From NCBI GenBank assembly GCA_951406725.2, contig OX597817.1, positions 71,734,001 through 71,798,000 of the forward strand: a stretch of DNA of 64,000 nucleotides. Reading direction: 5' to 3'. Origin of the DNA: Octopus vulgaris. Taxonomy: Eukaryota. Every line of letters starts with the position of its first letter. Position 1 is the stretch's first letter. This document shows, piece by piece, positions 42,312-57,204 of this stretch. The translations under genes and the position numbers were made by a program. The notes under the pieces were generated by a model that was not told where the DNA came from, did no database searches, and saw nothing but the letters and a program-made list of their open reading frames with translations.

Positions 42312-43299
42312 GTTTGTCTGTCTAGAAATCAATCTCTCTCAATCTCCCACCCTCTATCTCTCGATGCTTTGCTCTCGACTTGTGTGGACCACGTGATACA
42401 TAATTCAATTCATATAAGTGAAGCAATTATACTCCGAAGGTACTCTAGAACTAATATGACTTTACGGAATTTACTTGAGGATATGACTAATATCTGTAAG
42501 GAATAAGTAAAAAACAAAAGAATGAATTTCCGATAAACTAACGCAAAGAAAATGCGCCACTTAATTTTCCTGTATGTATATATATATATATATATATATA
42601 TACACTTGCATACATACATACATGTGTCTGCATGTGTACCTATGTACATATTTATCTATCTATCTATCTACCGATATGTGTGTGCGCGCATGTGTGTGTG
42701 TTTGTTTGTTTGTGTGTCTGTATGTATGTATATATATTTATGTTTCATTTTATATAGTGATAAACTGTCTCATGTGAAAAAAGTAGGGCGCTCAGAATGT
42801 AATGTAGTGTTTAATTCTGTATAGAAACTAGAAACTTCATTAAACATGACTTCCAGTTTCACATTTCCGATCTCCATTCGAAAATGTATATTGGAACAAG
42901 TATAATCAGTATATCATTTGTTCCATAAAAAGATAAAAAATGCAATAAAGCCTGAATATATTTCTCGGTCATGTGTGAACGCTGACTTGACGGGCTATCA
43001 TATTGCATTGCGTATATGAACATTTGGGTGCTACATACCTTTTTACTTTGGTGTGAAAATATGTAAGAACATATAGTAGGAAAAAAAGGAAACAAATTCC
43101 TTCTTTATAAATTTCTATATACATACATTGACAATGTATATATATAGAAATTTATAAAAATATAAAAAAATAAAACTATTTGAAAAATATACATTTAAAA
43201 AATTATTAAACCGTGTATTCATGTTCATCATATTCATGCTTCACTCTGGTCTGTGAATATGTACATATATAAAGCATACTTTGATATGTACACATGCAG

Positions 43300-44400
43300 T
43301 CGCGCACGATCATCTATAGAGTTACATTCCTTTACTCACAGGGAGGCTCGAAGGATAACTAAAGCCATTATATGACTGATATCAAGGTGCATATTCAAAA
43401 GCATGGGGGAATGATAATTTAAGTTACGTTAAGACGATGGGGTAATAAACCGAAATGGATGGGTGTTGGATAAAGAATACTTGGATGTAGCTAAGCAATC
43501 TTAAAATATATATATAATAAAATCATGCAACATTGATGATAAAAAAGGTGGTAATACATGACAAAAAGTTGTTTTTGCCATCTAATCTTTATCATAATTC
43601 TACCAATAATAAAATATAAACAAAACGAAATTACATTTTATGGCTTTCAAAGCTCTATTCAGTTTTATATACAATGTGTGTGTGTGTGTGTATATACATG
43701 TATGTAAAAAAGAGAAACGTAAATGTCTTTATATTTGATGGATTGGAACGTGTCGTCTGCTGTTAACTTGTAACCACCACACCTGAAAGAAATCACAGTG
43801 TCTGACTACCTAAGTTAATAGAGTTAAATAAATAATAAAGCTAATAATTATTATGATAGTTGTGATAGAAATCACAAAACCGAGAATTATAAATGAAAAT
43901 GGCAACTGTTATGGTGGTAATAACTATAAAATTTAAAAGAATTAAACCGGCAGACATAGTAAATACAATAGAAAGATTGAAATACAAAAAGTGATAAGGT
44001 GAAGATAACAGCTACATGTATAGTTCCTATGATATTGATAATGCTTAAAAAGGTGTCCAAAAATATGTTGATAGTAAAAATGAAAGATAAAAGCAACTTT
44101 GTAGTGAGGAAGTGCAGAGTGAATGGATAACAGAAAACCAGTGAGAAATGGATGGCTACATAAAAAGGAATCAATAAAGGTTAAAATGTGACAGATTGTA
44201 TAATATAATAGTTTAAAGCGAGTAGTATGCTTAACTAGACAGGCTAGGGTAGTTAGATTGAGGATGATACATTTTATAAGTACTGGTATGAGGTTTGACA
44301 GTAATGCTATAATGAAAGAGACTACATAAATCAGGTTTGAAAAGGAAGATTTTGAATTAATTTGTAACATGCTTTCGCTAAAGGTTTTAGGTAAACATAC
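43300..44400 (-). mobile_element. Highly decayed PLE-like relic
   Basis: SNLIYVV...Y(C)QT remnant of GIY-YIG near 44290-44350; gattgcttagcta near 43490 matches the short inverted-pair family. Confidence 0.3.
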
Positions 44401-44776
44401 AATCACATGTTGACACCAGCACGCTCTTGGGTACCTCTTCATGGTTCTGGGAAATCAATGATACAATAAGAGATGGTAGAGAATGATGCAGCAGAATTGA
44501 GCTGGTATCGATCGTGGAAGGATGGAAAGCGAAGTTGACCTCGGGAGAATATGAAATCTACGCACAGCCCAGGAATGTCCTAGCAGTCAACACTTTCCAC
44601 ACTCCTTCCAAAGGATAATCTAATAACGTCTCTTCGCACTTTGATGTTTCTGCTTCTGACTTTACATTATATATTGCCATCCATATGATTATATTTGGAT
44701 AAAATCTAGGTAAAATAAAACTTGTAGTATGCTATACAAAGCTCAATGTTGTTCAATCCATTTTCTCTTATTTATC

Positions 44777-44827
<51 letters not shown>

Positions 44828-45139
44828 CCTTTAGACACACACACACACACACACACATAATCAAGTACACGCGCTTACACACAACAAAATGCACACATAA
44901 CCTGACACACATCTCCACGTTCACACACACTAGCACAGGTTCGCACATATACCTCCAACACACAATATACATACAGACACGCACATAATTATACACACAT
45001 GGGCACAAACACACATGCACATACACGCGCACACGCACGTAAGCACGTACACACAATCACACGCACGCACATACACACAGGTACGTACATTACGCCTACA
45101 CCACCACCCCACACACACACAATAATTCACCTCTGGAAA

Positions 45140-45420
45140 CATGGGGATTTCGTTCAACATCCGTAGCCCTTATTCAGGGACCTTTTGAGCGGGATGGGTT
45201 ACTCGACCAGAAGAAAATTCTAACTGGGCCCCACCTGCAATGTCATGTGCTGTTTATCTTGATATAAGATCACCATGTCGCGCACATATCGTTGTGATGC
45301 ATGTGCCTAGTGTACCCTTATGAGACGGGCAGTCATGATGGGTATACTGGGCTTCGAATATTTTACCCCAGTGTCACTTCGATGTCATGCACTGCTCTCT
45401 CACTCAATGATAATAATAAT
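45140..45420 (+). repeat. Interspersed repeat with (TAA)n tail
   Basis: 3' end (cacttcgatgtcatgcactgctctctcact) recurs in reverse at 63968-64000 beside (ATT)n/(AGT)n. Confidence 0.6.
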
Positions 45421-45749
45421 AAAACGTAACAACAAATGAATGAGACCTCGATATTAGAGAACTGGAGGATTAGTTATATATGTTATAATTTAGAACAAAT
45501 AGTAAAAGGTTGTCATTATAGACCTCGGAGTTTCGAAAGTCGGAGCGAAGGCCCACACTGGGTGAAGCAGAGGCCTTGTTATCAAACTTTTGAAAACAGT
45601 GACACTACTCCGACATTCGAGATTCCAAGGTCTATAATGATAACTTTTTACTGTTTGTTCTAAATTATACTACACACACTCATATATAGTTTTGATTTTT
45701 TACTTTACAACTTATTTCTCTTTACAATTTAACATTTTAAAATTACAGA

Positions 45750-47200
45750 TTGCTCAAGAATATCCCCTGGGTGCTGACCACAGCGGATTGCTGGTCGGTT
45801 CACAACAGGTCCTGCTTGGAGAGGACAGCACGCTGGCTGGACTCTAAGACCTAGCCTGCTCTTGGCTCAGAGGACATCAAACCTTTAATGTTCTCGCCCA
45901 AGCCATGGTGGACACCCATTACAATTTCCATCTGCAAGACAAGGCGACCAGTACCACGACGAACAACAGCAAAAAGTTTGTCAAGGCATTTATGCAGTTT
46001 GGTACAGAAGTTGAACTCTTGCCAGACATTTCTGGGGCTGCTGCCGATCCGAATGTGGAAATCGTCGATGATGTGGACCTGGATGTAGATCTTGAGGCTT
46101 GGAATGTGGACGAAGTTGAGTACATCTCTGCTGATGCCATCCTTAAGGAGTCCAGCAGCCTGAGCCTCAACCTGCCAGTTAACATGAAGTGCGCAGCCCA
46201 TACGTTCAATTTGGTAGCCAGCGTGGATGCCACCAAGGCTCTTGACAGCGCTTCGTTCAAGTCGGCCTACAGGAAGGCCATGTACAAGGCACAGCGGTTG
46301 TGGAATCTGCAGAGCCGCGTCAAGGTGGCAACAGTCAGCCTTCTGGACGCGTTGAAGAGGAAGCTAGAGGTCCCCAACAGTATGGAATTCTACCTATGAT
46401 GCTATTGTCCTCAATAACCTGCTGGAGAAGAATAGAGGAGCTGTCCACAGGGTGATGACACAGCTGAAGCTGCAAACCTTCACTCATTCTGATGTCGGCT
46501 TCCTAACGGAGTACGCCCAGGTGATGTCTAATGTTGCCAAGGCCTTGGATAAAATCCAGCGGGAGGACCAAACCTATTTCTGGAGCCTTCTGCCAACTGT
46601 AGCGGCCACCGGCATGAAGTTGAGGGAAGCCCTGTTTAAACATCTCCTGTACTGTAGTTCTCTGGTAGACGCGATACTGGCAGGCTTCACGAAACGGTTT
46701 GGGGTCCTACTAGAAGACCTGAAGTGCCAGCTAGCCACAGCTTTCCACTCAAAGTTTCGCCTGTTCTGGCTGGATCAGTAAAATAAAAGCCAGGTTAGCA
46801 GATGAAGACTGTCGTAGAGACAGCCCTAATGGAGACCAATGAGGAGCGCAGCATACCCACCAGCAACGAGGATGAGGAAGATGATTTCTTCAGCAGCATG
46901 ACTCGGTTCCGGGAGAGTAGGAGCCACAGGTCACTGAGGTTCAAGGCACAGAACTTGGTGAAGACCTGGTTGGAGGCCGTCTAGAAGGAGATCCTGACTG
47001 AAGTCGCCTTTTTGGGTGAGCAGGTCTTGATCGACCTGTTCACCAAGTATAACACCGCCATCCCATCCAATGCTGCAGCTGAGCGCCTATTTTCTATAGG
47101 CAAAGAAATTTGAGGGCCAAGAGAGCCACCCTGTCAGATGGTAACCTTGAGAGACTGATGTTTATGAAGGGCAACCAGCATCACGTCGGAGTGATATAGA
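45750..47200 (+). mobile_element. hAT transposase pseudogene (C-terminal part)
   Basis: KCAAHTFNLVA (CxxH motif) and NTAIPSNAAAERLFSIG...RATLSDGNLERLMFMK (dimerisation domain); stops and frameshifts; visibly GC-richer than flanks. Confidence 0.9.
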
Positions 47201-47558
47201 AGGCCCAGCCAAAGCATTGCACCTTGATCATTATCGGATCTTGGCATGATACCTATGATTCGTTTAATACATTTTGTACAATAAATAAAGTGTATGTTGA
47301 CTGAAAAACTAATGTTTAATTTCAGTTGTTCATTTAATTACTTGCGTACACCTTGACAATCATCTGATCTTGGCATGCTATACCTTTTTGGAAAGCTCTG
47401 TGTCTAAGCTACAACATGAAAATATCAGCTCTTTAGGTCTGTTTTTAAGAGTTTTAGAGCCAAAAAAACCAAACCGATTCTAAATTCTTATGATAAAATT
47501 TAGCGATTTATAGATATATAGCCATTCACTTGTACATACATAAGAAATGTATACTCAC

Positions 47559-47653
47559 CTACAGGAAATCATTATTATGATGGCCGCACTCAGAGATACA
47601 AGTGAAGCACCATAACCAAATGTTGTTATGGAATTGACACGATCAAGATGGTC
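47559..47653 (-). CDS. Class B1 GPCR, TM1 exon
   Basis: Acceptor ccgtttcag, donor gtgagt, 95 nt, phase 0/2. Encodes DHLDRVNSITTFGYGASLVSLSAAIIIMISC(R), with the GY-x-x-SL-x-SL TM1 motif. Confidence 0.93.
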
Positions 47654-48152
47654 CTGAAACGGTAACAGATTCAAAATAATGAAATATGAAACCAATCAAG
47701 GCTTTGTCACTCGCCTTCCTTTTAATATTTCTGTTATAATTACTTTCTTATTTCCGTATGTTTAGAGGAAAAACCAAATATATATTTACAGCTAAATTGG
47801 TTATCATTTATGTTCCCGAAATCCATTTTGAATACGTTTCTTCTATTTAAATTGCTATAAATAAATATCCATTTACAGAATACATGAGAAAAGTAAATGT
47901 TAATATTCCGTCTACTTGAATAATACTATAGCTCTTCGATTTCCGCAAGTACTGATATATTAAATTTGAAATGCGTATGTTGTTAAGTATTTCACATGGA
48001 GTATGTTGCTATGTAATCTTGACGTAACCTTAAACCAGAGTTCAAGGGGCAGAATGTGTAAAAGTTTAGCACTGCCAATTAGAATTACAGCCTACACACA
48101 CACACACACACAGAGGCACACACACACACACACACACTAACACACACACACA

Positions 48153-48202
<50 letters not shown>

Positions 48203-48935
48203 AACACACGCAAGTACACATAAAAGAAGGTGCTTGACTTTATGGTTAGGAGATTAGGCTCCTGATTTCTTCAGGTTAGGTAAAGAATAACGTTGTAGCA
48301 CCCTAAAAGAATCTTTGGGTGAGCAGTGATAGTCAAATATATGGTGGTAGTGGTGGGGCGGATATATATTTAGATGTGCAACTTACTTTCTAATTTCAAA
48401 TCTGAGTCCGGCTTTACAGCTCATGTATCGAGGGCTGGATGATAAAGCAATTATCAAGGATAGCAACCTCACAAACTGAGTTTGATATATTTGGCTATTT
48501 CATTACACAGTTGTATGGGCTGGTTTGGATATCAATATTGTAGCGTTAAGCAGACAGTAGGTAGATTGCAAGAGAAAATTCCTACTCGGTTAATCTCCGA
48601 GGACGGATATGAGAATTACATTTAGATATATAGTTTAGCGGTGAATATGTAAATACTATGGGCTAAACAAGAACTTCTCTTTGGCAAGGCTTAACTCCCA
48701 AGAGCCACCTGACTTAGCGAAACAGAGGAAGCTATAGAAAGTAGCATAATGAATGTGCAGGCTCGGTGAAAGAGTAAGCCATTGACTAACGTTTCCAAAT
48801 TTTATTACTACAAACCTCTATTATGGATGTTTTTAACCAACGAAAGATTTGAAAATTCCGAGTGTGCGCGACCAGATGGCGGAATATTATGTAAAACCAA
48901 TTAAATCTCATTTGAGACGCGCGTTATTTACGTAC

Positions 48936-49048
48936 CTGAAAATTACTGGAAAATTCCTGAACACAAGAAGAGTAATCGGTCCAGGTTTTGTTAATCTTGG
49001 AATTGAAGTACCATACGCCTTCTTCAGTGCAGGTTTTGACAGCAAAAT
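48936..49048 (-). CDS. Class B1 GPCR, second extracellular-domain exon
   Basis: Acceptor tttcttctag, donor gtacgt, 113 nt, phase 1/0. Encodes (N)FAVKTCTEEGVWYFNSKINKTWTDYSSCVQEFSSNFQ (C-x3-G-x-W...WT-x-Y-x-x-C motif), in frame with the previous exon. Confidence 0.95.
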
Positions 49049-49501
49049 CTAGAAGAAATATATATATATATATATACCACCGATAACAGAACATAAAACA
49101 TAATGCTCTAGAGATTATTTGTATTTGCTAGAATTAGTGGAGCATCGGACACAATACCTCGCAGTATTTAGTTGCGTTGATTTTTCAAGATTTACTTTAC
49201 TTTCCAGCCTTCCTGTGTCGTTGAAATATAGTAGCAATCTAGCAATATAATCGATTTATAGGCCCCTCCTAAGTCACTGAGGCAGATTTTGCACTTCATT
49301 ATTCTGTGTTCGATAAAATAAGTACTAATCACGTTGTCTGCCTAATCGACTATATTTATTACGCAGTGTGCCTACGTCAGAATCTATTATTAATTTTATT
49401 GTTAAAAATTTAAAAAAAACTATTATCATTATTACTCTGGCTTTCACCTATGTAATAAGTTATTATTACAATCCTTCTTATTAATACTAATCATTATTAT
49501 T

Positions 49502-50350
<849 letters not shown>

Positions 50351-51502
50351 TATTATTATTATTATTATTATTACTATTATTATTATTATTTCTCTGTTGT
50401 AAAGCAATTATATTACATTTTGTTGATGTATACATATGCAACTTTTCTCTAAATATTGTCTTGCTTTAAAATTCTTTGGTAAGGAGATGACTTTTGAATC
50501 AATTTTATCTTTTAGAATATTTTAAGGTTCAGCATAGATTCCCATATTCTCCTATTTTTGGTCTGTAAGCTATAATGTGTCAGTCTGATAAAAGAGACAA
50601 GTGAATTTTACATTGCATCACACACAACACAATATCTTATCTATAGCGGGAGTCTGCTCCAAGGAAATTTCTGGCTTTATGTCACATTTATCCTGGATAC
50701 ACAACTTACCCGTCTTTCATCCTCGCCCGCCATATTGTGTCCTCATTTATCTTAGCCCCTTTATTAACTTCTGCATCCAGTCCTTCCTAACCAAGCCCTT
50801 TAGAAATTCTGCCCTGCATTTTTTCCTGGCAGTCATCAGCTCGTAACTTTTCCAGCAGAATATTAACAATGTCGACTTCATGTCCATTTATAGGAAGCGG
50901 TAAATGTGATGAGACTGTGTGATGTTCATTAATTTGTTAAAAACTATTAGCAGCAACATACAAAGGAGCCCCTAACCAGTCGACAAAACTGTTAGAAATA
51001 CCAACTAAATTTCTTTCGAAAGACATTTTATTATTTTACACACAGAGGAAAACTTTAGATTATATAACCCAGTACACTAAGCTTAAAAAAAACAGCACAC
51101 AATAGTCAAGGGTTAACGTCTGTAGATATATCTCATAGATCAGAGTTCAGATGTACCTAAACAGCAATAACTTTTTAAGAAAATTTACTGACGGTAAATT
51201 GAATCGAAACTGCGTCACCGGCTTGCCTAACAGGGAGCTTGTTGTTTGCATTATAACTCAGTTTTGCGTACTATTTCTTCCCTCCAGCCGTTTAATGTGT
51301 TATCTTTGGCCCAATCAGCCTATGAACTCTGTGACTGTCATATCTATGTCGTGGCGAGAAATTCCTTTTCAGTGTTTATGTTAGCGGTAACAAAACCAAG
51401 AACAAAAAAATTTAAAACAGTATTGTTGCATAAACGTTCTTATCTTTATAAACAACACTTATCTTCTGAATGCTAATAACAATCATTTTTTTCTTAATAG
51501 CA

Positions 51503-53773
51503 TAATTTAGAATAGTGCTTTACTTGTTGTTTCAGAACACATTCTATCAGTGATCTACTGTGTTGTTCATCCTGGATATTAGCAGAAAGCATTAAACAAA
51601 TGATTCTTTTCTTTGTCGAAAAAAGAGAGAATAATACAGTATAGGTTCTTGAGAACGCTTAGTAGTAACTTTTCTGATGCAATAGTTATTAATGTTATTT
51701 AGCCCCAGGTAAACTTTCATTGAGCAAACTTATGATTGAGAGTGTTCCATCTTTGATTATCTAGTACATTTTCTGATGTATCTTTTCCTGTTTCAGACGA
51801 GGGTAATTTAATTTGAGCGTCATTCGGCAACGACCTGGTATAGGATCAGTCGTTACCTTCTAATCATATAGGATTATATTATATTATTATATTCTGTATA
51901 ATATGCTAACTACTGTATCATTTATTATATTAGATGGAATGCCTTGTGTTATTTTTACTTTACCTTTACTTTTCGCATTTAAATTCCACCACCATGAAGT
52001 TTATCGTTCATCTTTGCGCGATAGTTAAAAATAAAGTACCGACCATATAGTAAGGATTTATTAAATCTCTCTACCGCTTTGTAGCTTTGTGCATGTATTA
52101 GAAAACCTTGTTATAAGTATGTCGAGGAATGTTAATGATAAAACAGTTGAAGCGTCAGATATTTCATAGAATTTGATTACGCCCCTTTACGTTTTTCGTT
52201 CAAATCTGACCAAGAACTACATTGCTATTGGACCTTCTAGATTTGATACTGCAAAGTTCGCGTGGTGTATTTAAATTATTCTTTTTCCTTGTAGCCATGT
52301 GCCAATGTAAAAAAAATCAATGATGCCACTTTAATGGAAATTATTTGATCAAAGATTAAAACAAACTGATGAATTTAGTGTAATTTGTTTGCGAAATCTA
52401 GTGTCGTGAGTTCATATAAATCTAGGTATACCAGCGTGTTTATGAATATGGTTGACATTGCGTCATAAAATTGTAGAAGCACAACTGAAGAATTTGGTTT
52501 AATGTCATTCTCTCAATTGTTGCTGTAAATGTTTAGCCTCTCATCTATGCTGACTTAGCAGTTCTACGATCAAAGATGCCCTAGTTTTGAATATCCTATG
52601 CTTTTTCTTCACAGCCATAGTATCCAATTAATCCTTCCTTTTTTAAGATTTGGATGCAATTTTAAACAGGTCTAACATTTAAGACAGCTGCATTTGTTTA
52701 TCATTCTACACTACAAGCCACTTTTATAGTACTGACGCTGGTTACGATGGAGCTTTGATCTTACACTATGATACATATTTTGGACTGATTTGTTTTAGAA
52801 TTCCATATGTTGACCACAAATTCAAGACATTGACCAGTAAAAGGATACTGATTATCGATGTTATAATTAATAAACATCGTCAGTTAACCTATTGATTAAT
52901 TAACTCTTATTCCACACGTAATCGACGTACAATTGTATCGAGACACAGATGCAAATGTCGATATATCGACACAACGATAACGTCTTCCAAGCATGTAAGG
53001 CAATCTAACGGTAATCAATTCAAATTTTACCCATTACTGTGATGTGTAATCTAATACACACTGACAAATGTTACATTGTTTATCATTGAATGAGTAAATG
53101 AATGAATGAATGAATGAATATCCCTATCTGCATTGACTGAAGGTCGGCAACCACTAATTTTCTTCTATTTGTTGCGTGTTCAAGTTCTCTAAGGGATGAA
53201 TATGATCGGTGAGCCCCGAGTTCGTTTCCGACCTCATTTACTTAGTGCCAGGCTCGATTCCGTTAACCTTCATATCTTCACAGGGAATCTATGTTCGGAG
53301 TCCATAGATATGCATAGAGAAGACATAAGATATCTCGAGGAAATTTAAACTTAATTGTATAAACATAAGGTTTTAAATCTCTTAATAGAAGCAATTTTTC
53401 ACTTTTTTACATGCTGCCTTTCCTTACTGATCCTATACCAGGTCGTTGCCGAATGACGCTCAAATCAAATTACCCTCGTCTGAAACAGGAAAAGATGCAT
53501 CAGAAAATGTACTAGATAATCAAAGATGGAACACTCTCAATCATAAGTTTGCTCAATGAAAGTTTACCTGGGGCTAAATAACATTAATAATTATTACATC
53601 AGAAAAGTTACTACTAAGCGTTCTCAAGAACCTATACTGTATTATTCTCTCTTTTTTCGACAAAGAAAAGAATCATTTGTTTAATGCTTTCTGCTAATAT
53701 CCAGGATGAACAACACAGTAGATCACTGATAGAATGTGTTCTGAAACAACAAGTAAAGCACTATTCTAAATTA
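51503..53773. repeat. 348-bp near-perfect inverted duplication (51503-51850 / 53426-53773)
   Basis: Four mismatches counted by eye, all transitions; 1575-bp spacer. Confidence 0.95.
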
Positions 53774-54044
53774 GGATACCTAGTAATTACTCTGCTGCTG
53801 CTATGGGCTGTATCGTAAGAAGTTTGCTTCCCAACCACATGGTTCTGGGTTCAGTTCAACTGATGCCTTAGGCAGTGTCATCTACTTTAAACCCGGGTTG
53901 ACCAAAGCCTTGTGAATAGCTTTGGCTGAGAGAAACTGAAAGAAGCCTGTCGTATATGCGTATGTATGTATATAGATATAGATATATGTGTGTGTGTGTG
54001 TATGTGTGTGTGTATGGGTGTTTGTATGTATGCATATATGCTTG

Positions 54045-54100
<56 letters not shown>

Positions 54101-54261
54101 TGCTGGTGTGGCTGTGTGGTAAGAAGTTTGCTTTCCAATCACATAGTTCTAGGCTCAGTCCAACTGCGTGGCACCTTCTACCATAGAGTCTTCTACCATA
54201 GATTCGGGCCGAACAAAGCCTTGTGAGTGGATTTAGTAAACGGAAACTGAAAGAAGCCTAT

Positions 54262-54307
<46 letters not shown>

Positions 54308-54502
54308 TATATGTATATATATGTGTGTGTGTGTATCTGTCTGTCTGCCTGTCTGAGTTTGTCCCCGTAACATAGTGGTTCTGCAAAAGAAACCGATAGA
54401 ATAAATACTCGTCTTACAAAAGAATAAGTCATGGGGTCGATTTCTTCGACTGAAGGCGGTGCTTCAGCATTGCCGCAGTCAGATGATTGAAACAAAAGAA
54501 TA

Positions 54503-54534
<32 letters not shown>

Positions 54535-54569
54535 CGTAGATTTTAGAAAATTGTTCGGTTGCTACTTAC

Positions 54570-54683
54570 TAGATGTTTTAAAACCATGAATATATTGGGG
54601 ACATGACTGTCTTTCTGTTGTTGATGCAGGAGTGTCATCCCAACACATAATGCCGTCCCAAGTTCGATTGCACCAGAGACCGC
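54570..54683 (-). CDS. Class B1 GPCR (PTH/secretin-receptor-like), hormone-receptor-domain exon
   Basis: Acceptor ttttgtctctag, donor gtaagt, 114 nt, phase 1/1. Encodes GLWCNRTWDGIMCWDDTPASTTERQSCPQYIHGFKTS, the C-x-x-x-WD-x-x-x-CW...CP motif of class B extracellular domains. Confidence 0.95.
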
Positions 54684-56026
54684 CTAGAGACAAAAGAAAA
54701 CAATTAGTTAGCCATTTTCCATAAAAATTATTATTCATATAAATGTATTATCGATTGCGTTGATATCATCATATCACACACGTACATATTTATGAAACTC
54801 AGAGCGATAAAAGTTGGTTCAACACACAATTCAGCAAAGGTCTTTCTTATAATTTGGTTGACAAAATCAGTGAAAGTTAAATCAGTCGACCCTTTGTTTA
54901 AGATGTTAGATCGGAGAACAGAGTTACGTTACTCTGCGTGAGGTTTTACAAGCGTAGTTCCTACCAAACTCGTGGCATCTATACAGATGACTACCTCTCA
55001 TTCTATTTAGGGAAAAACACAATAAGCAGTGAGGTATGAGCTGAATTCTTGCAAAAGAGTAAAATCCACGAAAGGCACGCGACAACGATGTTAACATCTG
55101 CCCACAAGTGTTTGTCTATTGTCTCTCGCTCAGAAGAAAATGTCTTCAAATCAAAAATATATCGTGAAGGGCATTCAATCTAAGACCCTTTAATTTAAGG
55201 TTCCAAATTCATACCAACCGCATTCTGGAATGTTTTCCTCTAGCTCTTTATCATATAAATAATTAATCTTAACCAAAAATATATCTAAATTCCTTTTCCG
55301 TATTTATAAATGTAATTTCTGACATGCAAACGTGTTGAAACTATCCTCTGGTGATGAGGTCTAACAGGGTGAAGCACACTTAGTAATCACTTCTTTGGAA
55401 GCAAAAATTAGATTGTTCTATACTATCATATAGAGTTAAAACGGAAGATGTATTGAAAGTCAGTATGGTATTTTTGTTGATGTTATTGTTGCGGTTGTTG
55501 CTCTTGATCTTGTCGTCATCGTTGTTTTCTCCTAGCTCAACTGTGATTTTCCAAAAGGGATTTAATGCATGGTCACCCTGTTCTTTTAAAAGTCTAAAAC
55601 TACATTATATCTACATGTTATTTCCTTATTTATAGAGATGGAGCGTGTTTTAAGGGAGATTTGGCCGCTATTTCTTGCACGTCGAACGACTGAGCAGTAG
55701 CTCTGTCGTTGGTTTGTAGATGGTGCCATTAAATCGACCTACGAGTTAATCACGAAACCATATCATATGTCAATATAATTTGTTCATTCAATCCGCCATG
55801 ACTATTACTGTGATGTTCCATAACTCATAATTTGGACAGACAACACACACTATCAAGGAGTGGGCTGTTAGCTTATTCAATTATTTAGTGTAAAAGACTC
55901 CCACACACACAGGCACGCGCACACACGTACACACACACATATACAAACATACACCCACGCCCACACAAATACACACATGCGCGCACACACACATGCACAC
56001 ATACAAACACACACAAACGTTAATAT

Positions 56027-56057
<31 letters not shown>

Positions 56058-56479
56058 AACATGCAGAAACAAAATACAGCCATCTGTACGAATATTTTTC
56101 ATTTTCCGCTCTTCGGTTTACCAAATGTTTTGTCTCCAGTCAATGTCTAGATAAAACAAAAAGCCTTCTATCTTGACTAAAGCTTTGATAAAGAAGTATA
56201 CAAACACACATATTTAGAAACGCACACACGCATACGCATCATATATGTACGTATATATGCATAAAAGTATACACGCATACATATATGCATATACACAAAC
56301 ATACACATTAAAAGTTAATATTTTTAAAAGAGTTTAAGGATAACAGCAGAATATTTACTGATAAGAGGATTCAAAACTACTGAGAGTAGAGCTAGATTTA
56401 TTATAAAATTCACGTTGGTTGAAATTTTGCCTGTAACTTACTAAAATAGCGCTTACACACACATACTTACATCCACCCC

Positions 56480-56520
<41 letters not shown>

Positions 56521-56665
56521 ATAGTCTACATTTAAACACAAGAGAAAACTACCTTTCATGGGTAATATTTTTACACGCTAGAAGAAGCAGTCAAAACGAC
56601 CAAAACCACATTTTAGAGCAATTTTCGAAGGGGATGAAAAATAAAAACTTTTACCTTGTTATTTT

Positions 56666-56740
56666 TACGTTTATACCTAGGTTTCAGATTTCTTTAGCAA
56701 ATAAAATAATTTGCTAGGCGAATCCTCATCAGCATCCGTG
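56666..56740 (-). ncRNA. Type I hammerhead ribozyme motif
   Basis: Minus strand CTGATGA-GGATTC-gcc-TAGCAAAT-loop-ATTTGCTA-aa-GAAATCT-GAAAC-ctag-GTA. Palindromic ACCTAGGT, stem I only partly paired, about 25 nt from (TA)n. Confidence 0.6.
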
Positions 56741-56758
56741 CCATAAAATTAACATATA

Positions 56759-56791
<33 letters not shown>

Positions 56792-56977
56792 GTCAGTGAA
56801 CAGGTCGCGGTCTTAAAGCGACGAAAATATTTTGACAAATTAAACTTAAATGTTGAAGTGAATTGAACGGCTTTTGTGTGTTTCTTAAATGGCTTACAAA
56901 CACCTTTCAAGCTGCAATTGTTTTCGTTCCAGCAAACAATCTCAGATCAAATCACTTGTAATGCAAGTACATCTCCG

Positions 56978-57033
<56 letters not shown>

Positions 57034-57064
57034 ATGTATAGATATGTATGTATGTATGTATGTA

Positions 57065-57204
<140 letters not shown>

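Noticed and set aside
48849-49052. Plus-strand 67-aa ORF and CAGATGGCGG promoter-like motif
   Set aside because: Overlaps the well-supported minus-strand GPCR exon; no independent support.
52366-52410. CTGATGA...GAAA...GTC motif
   Set aside because: No stem I or stem II pairing; likely chance.
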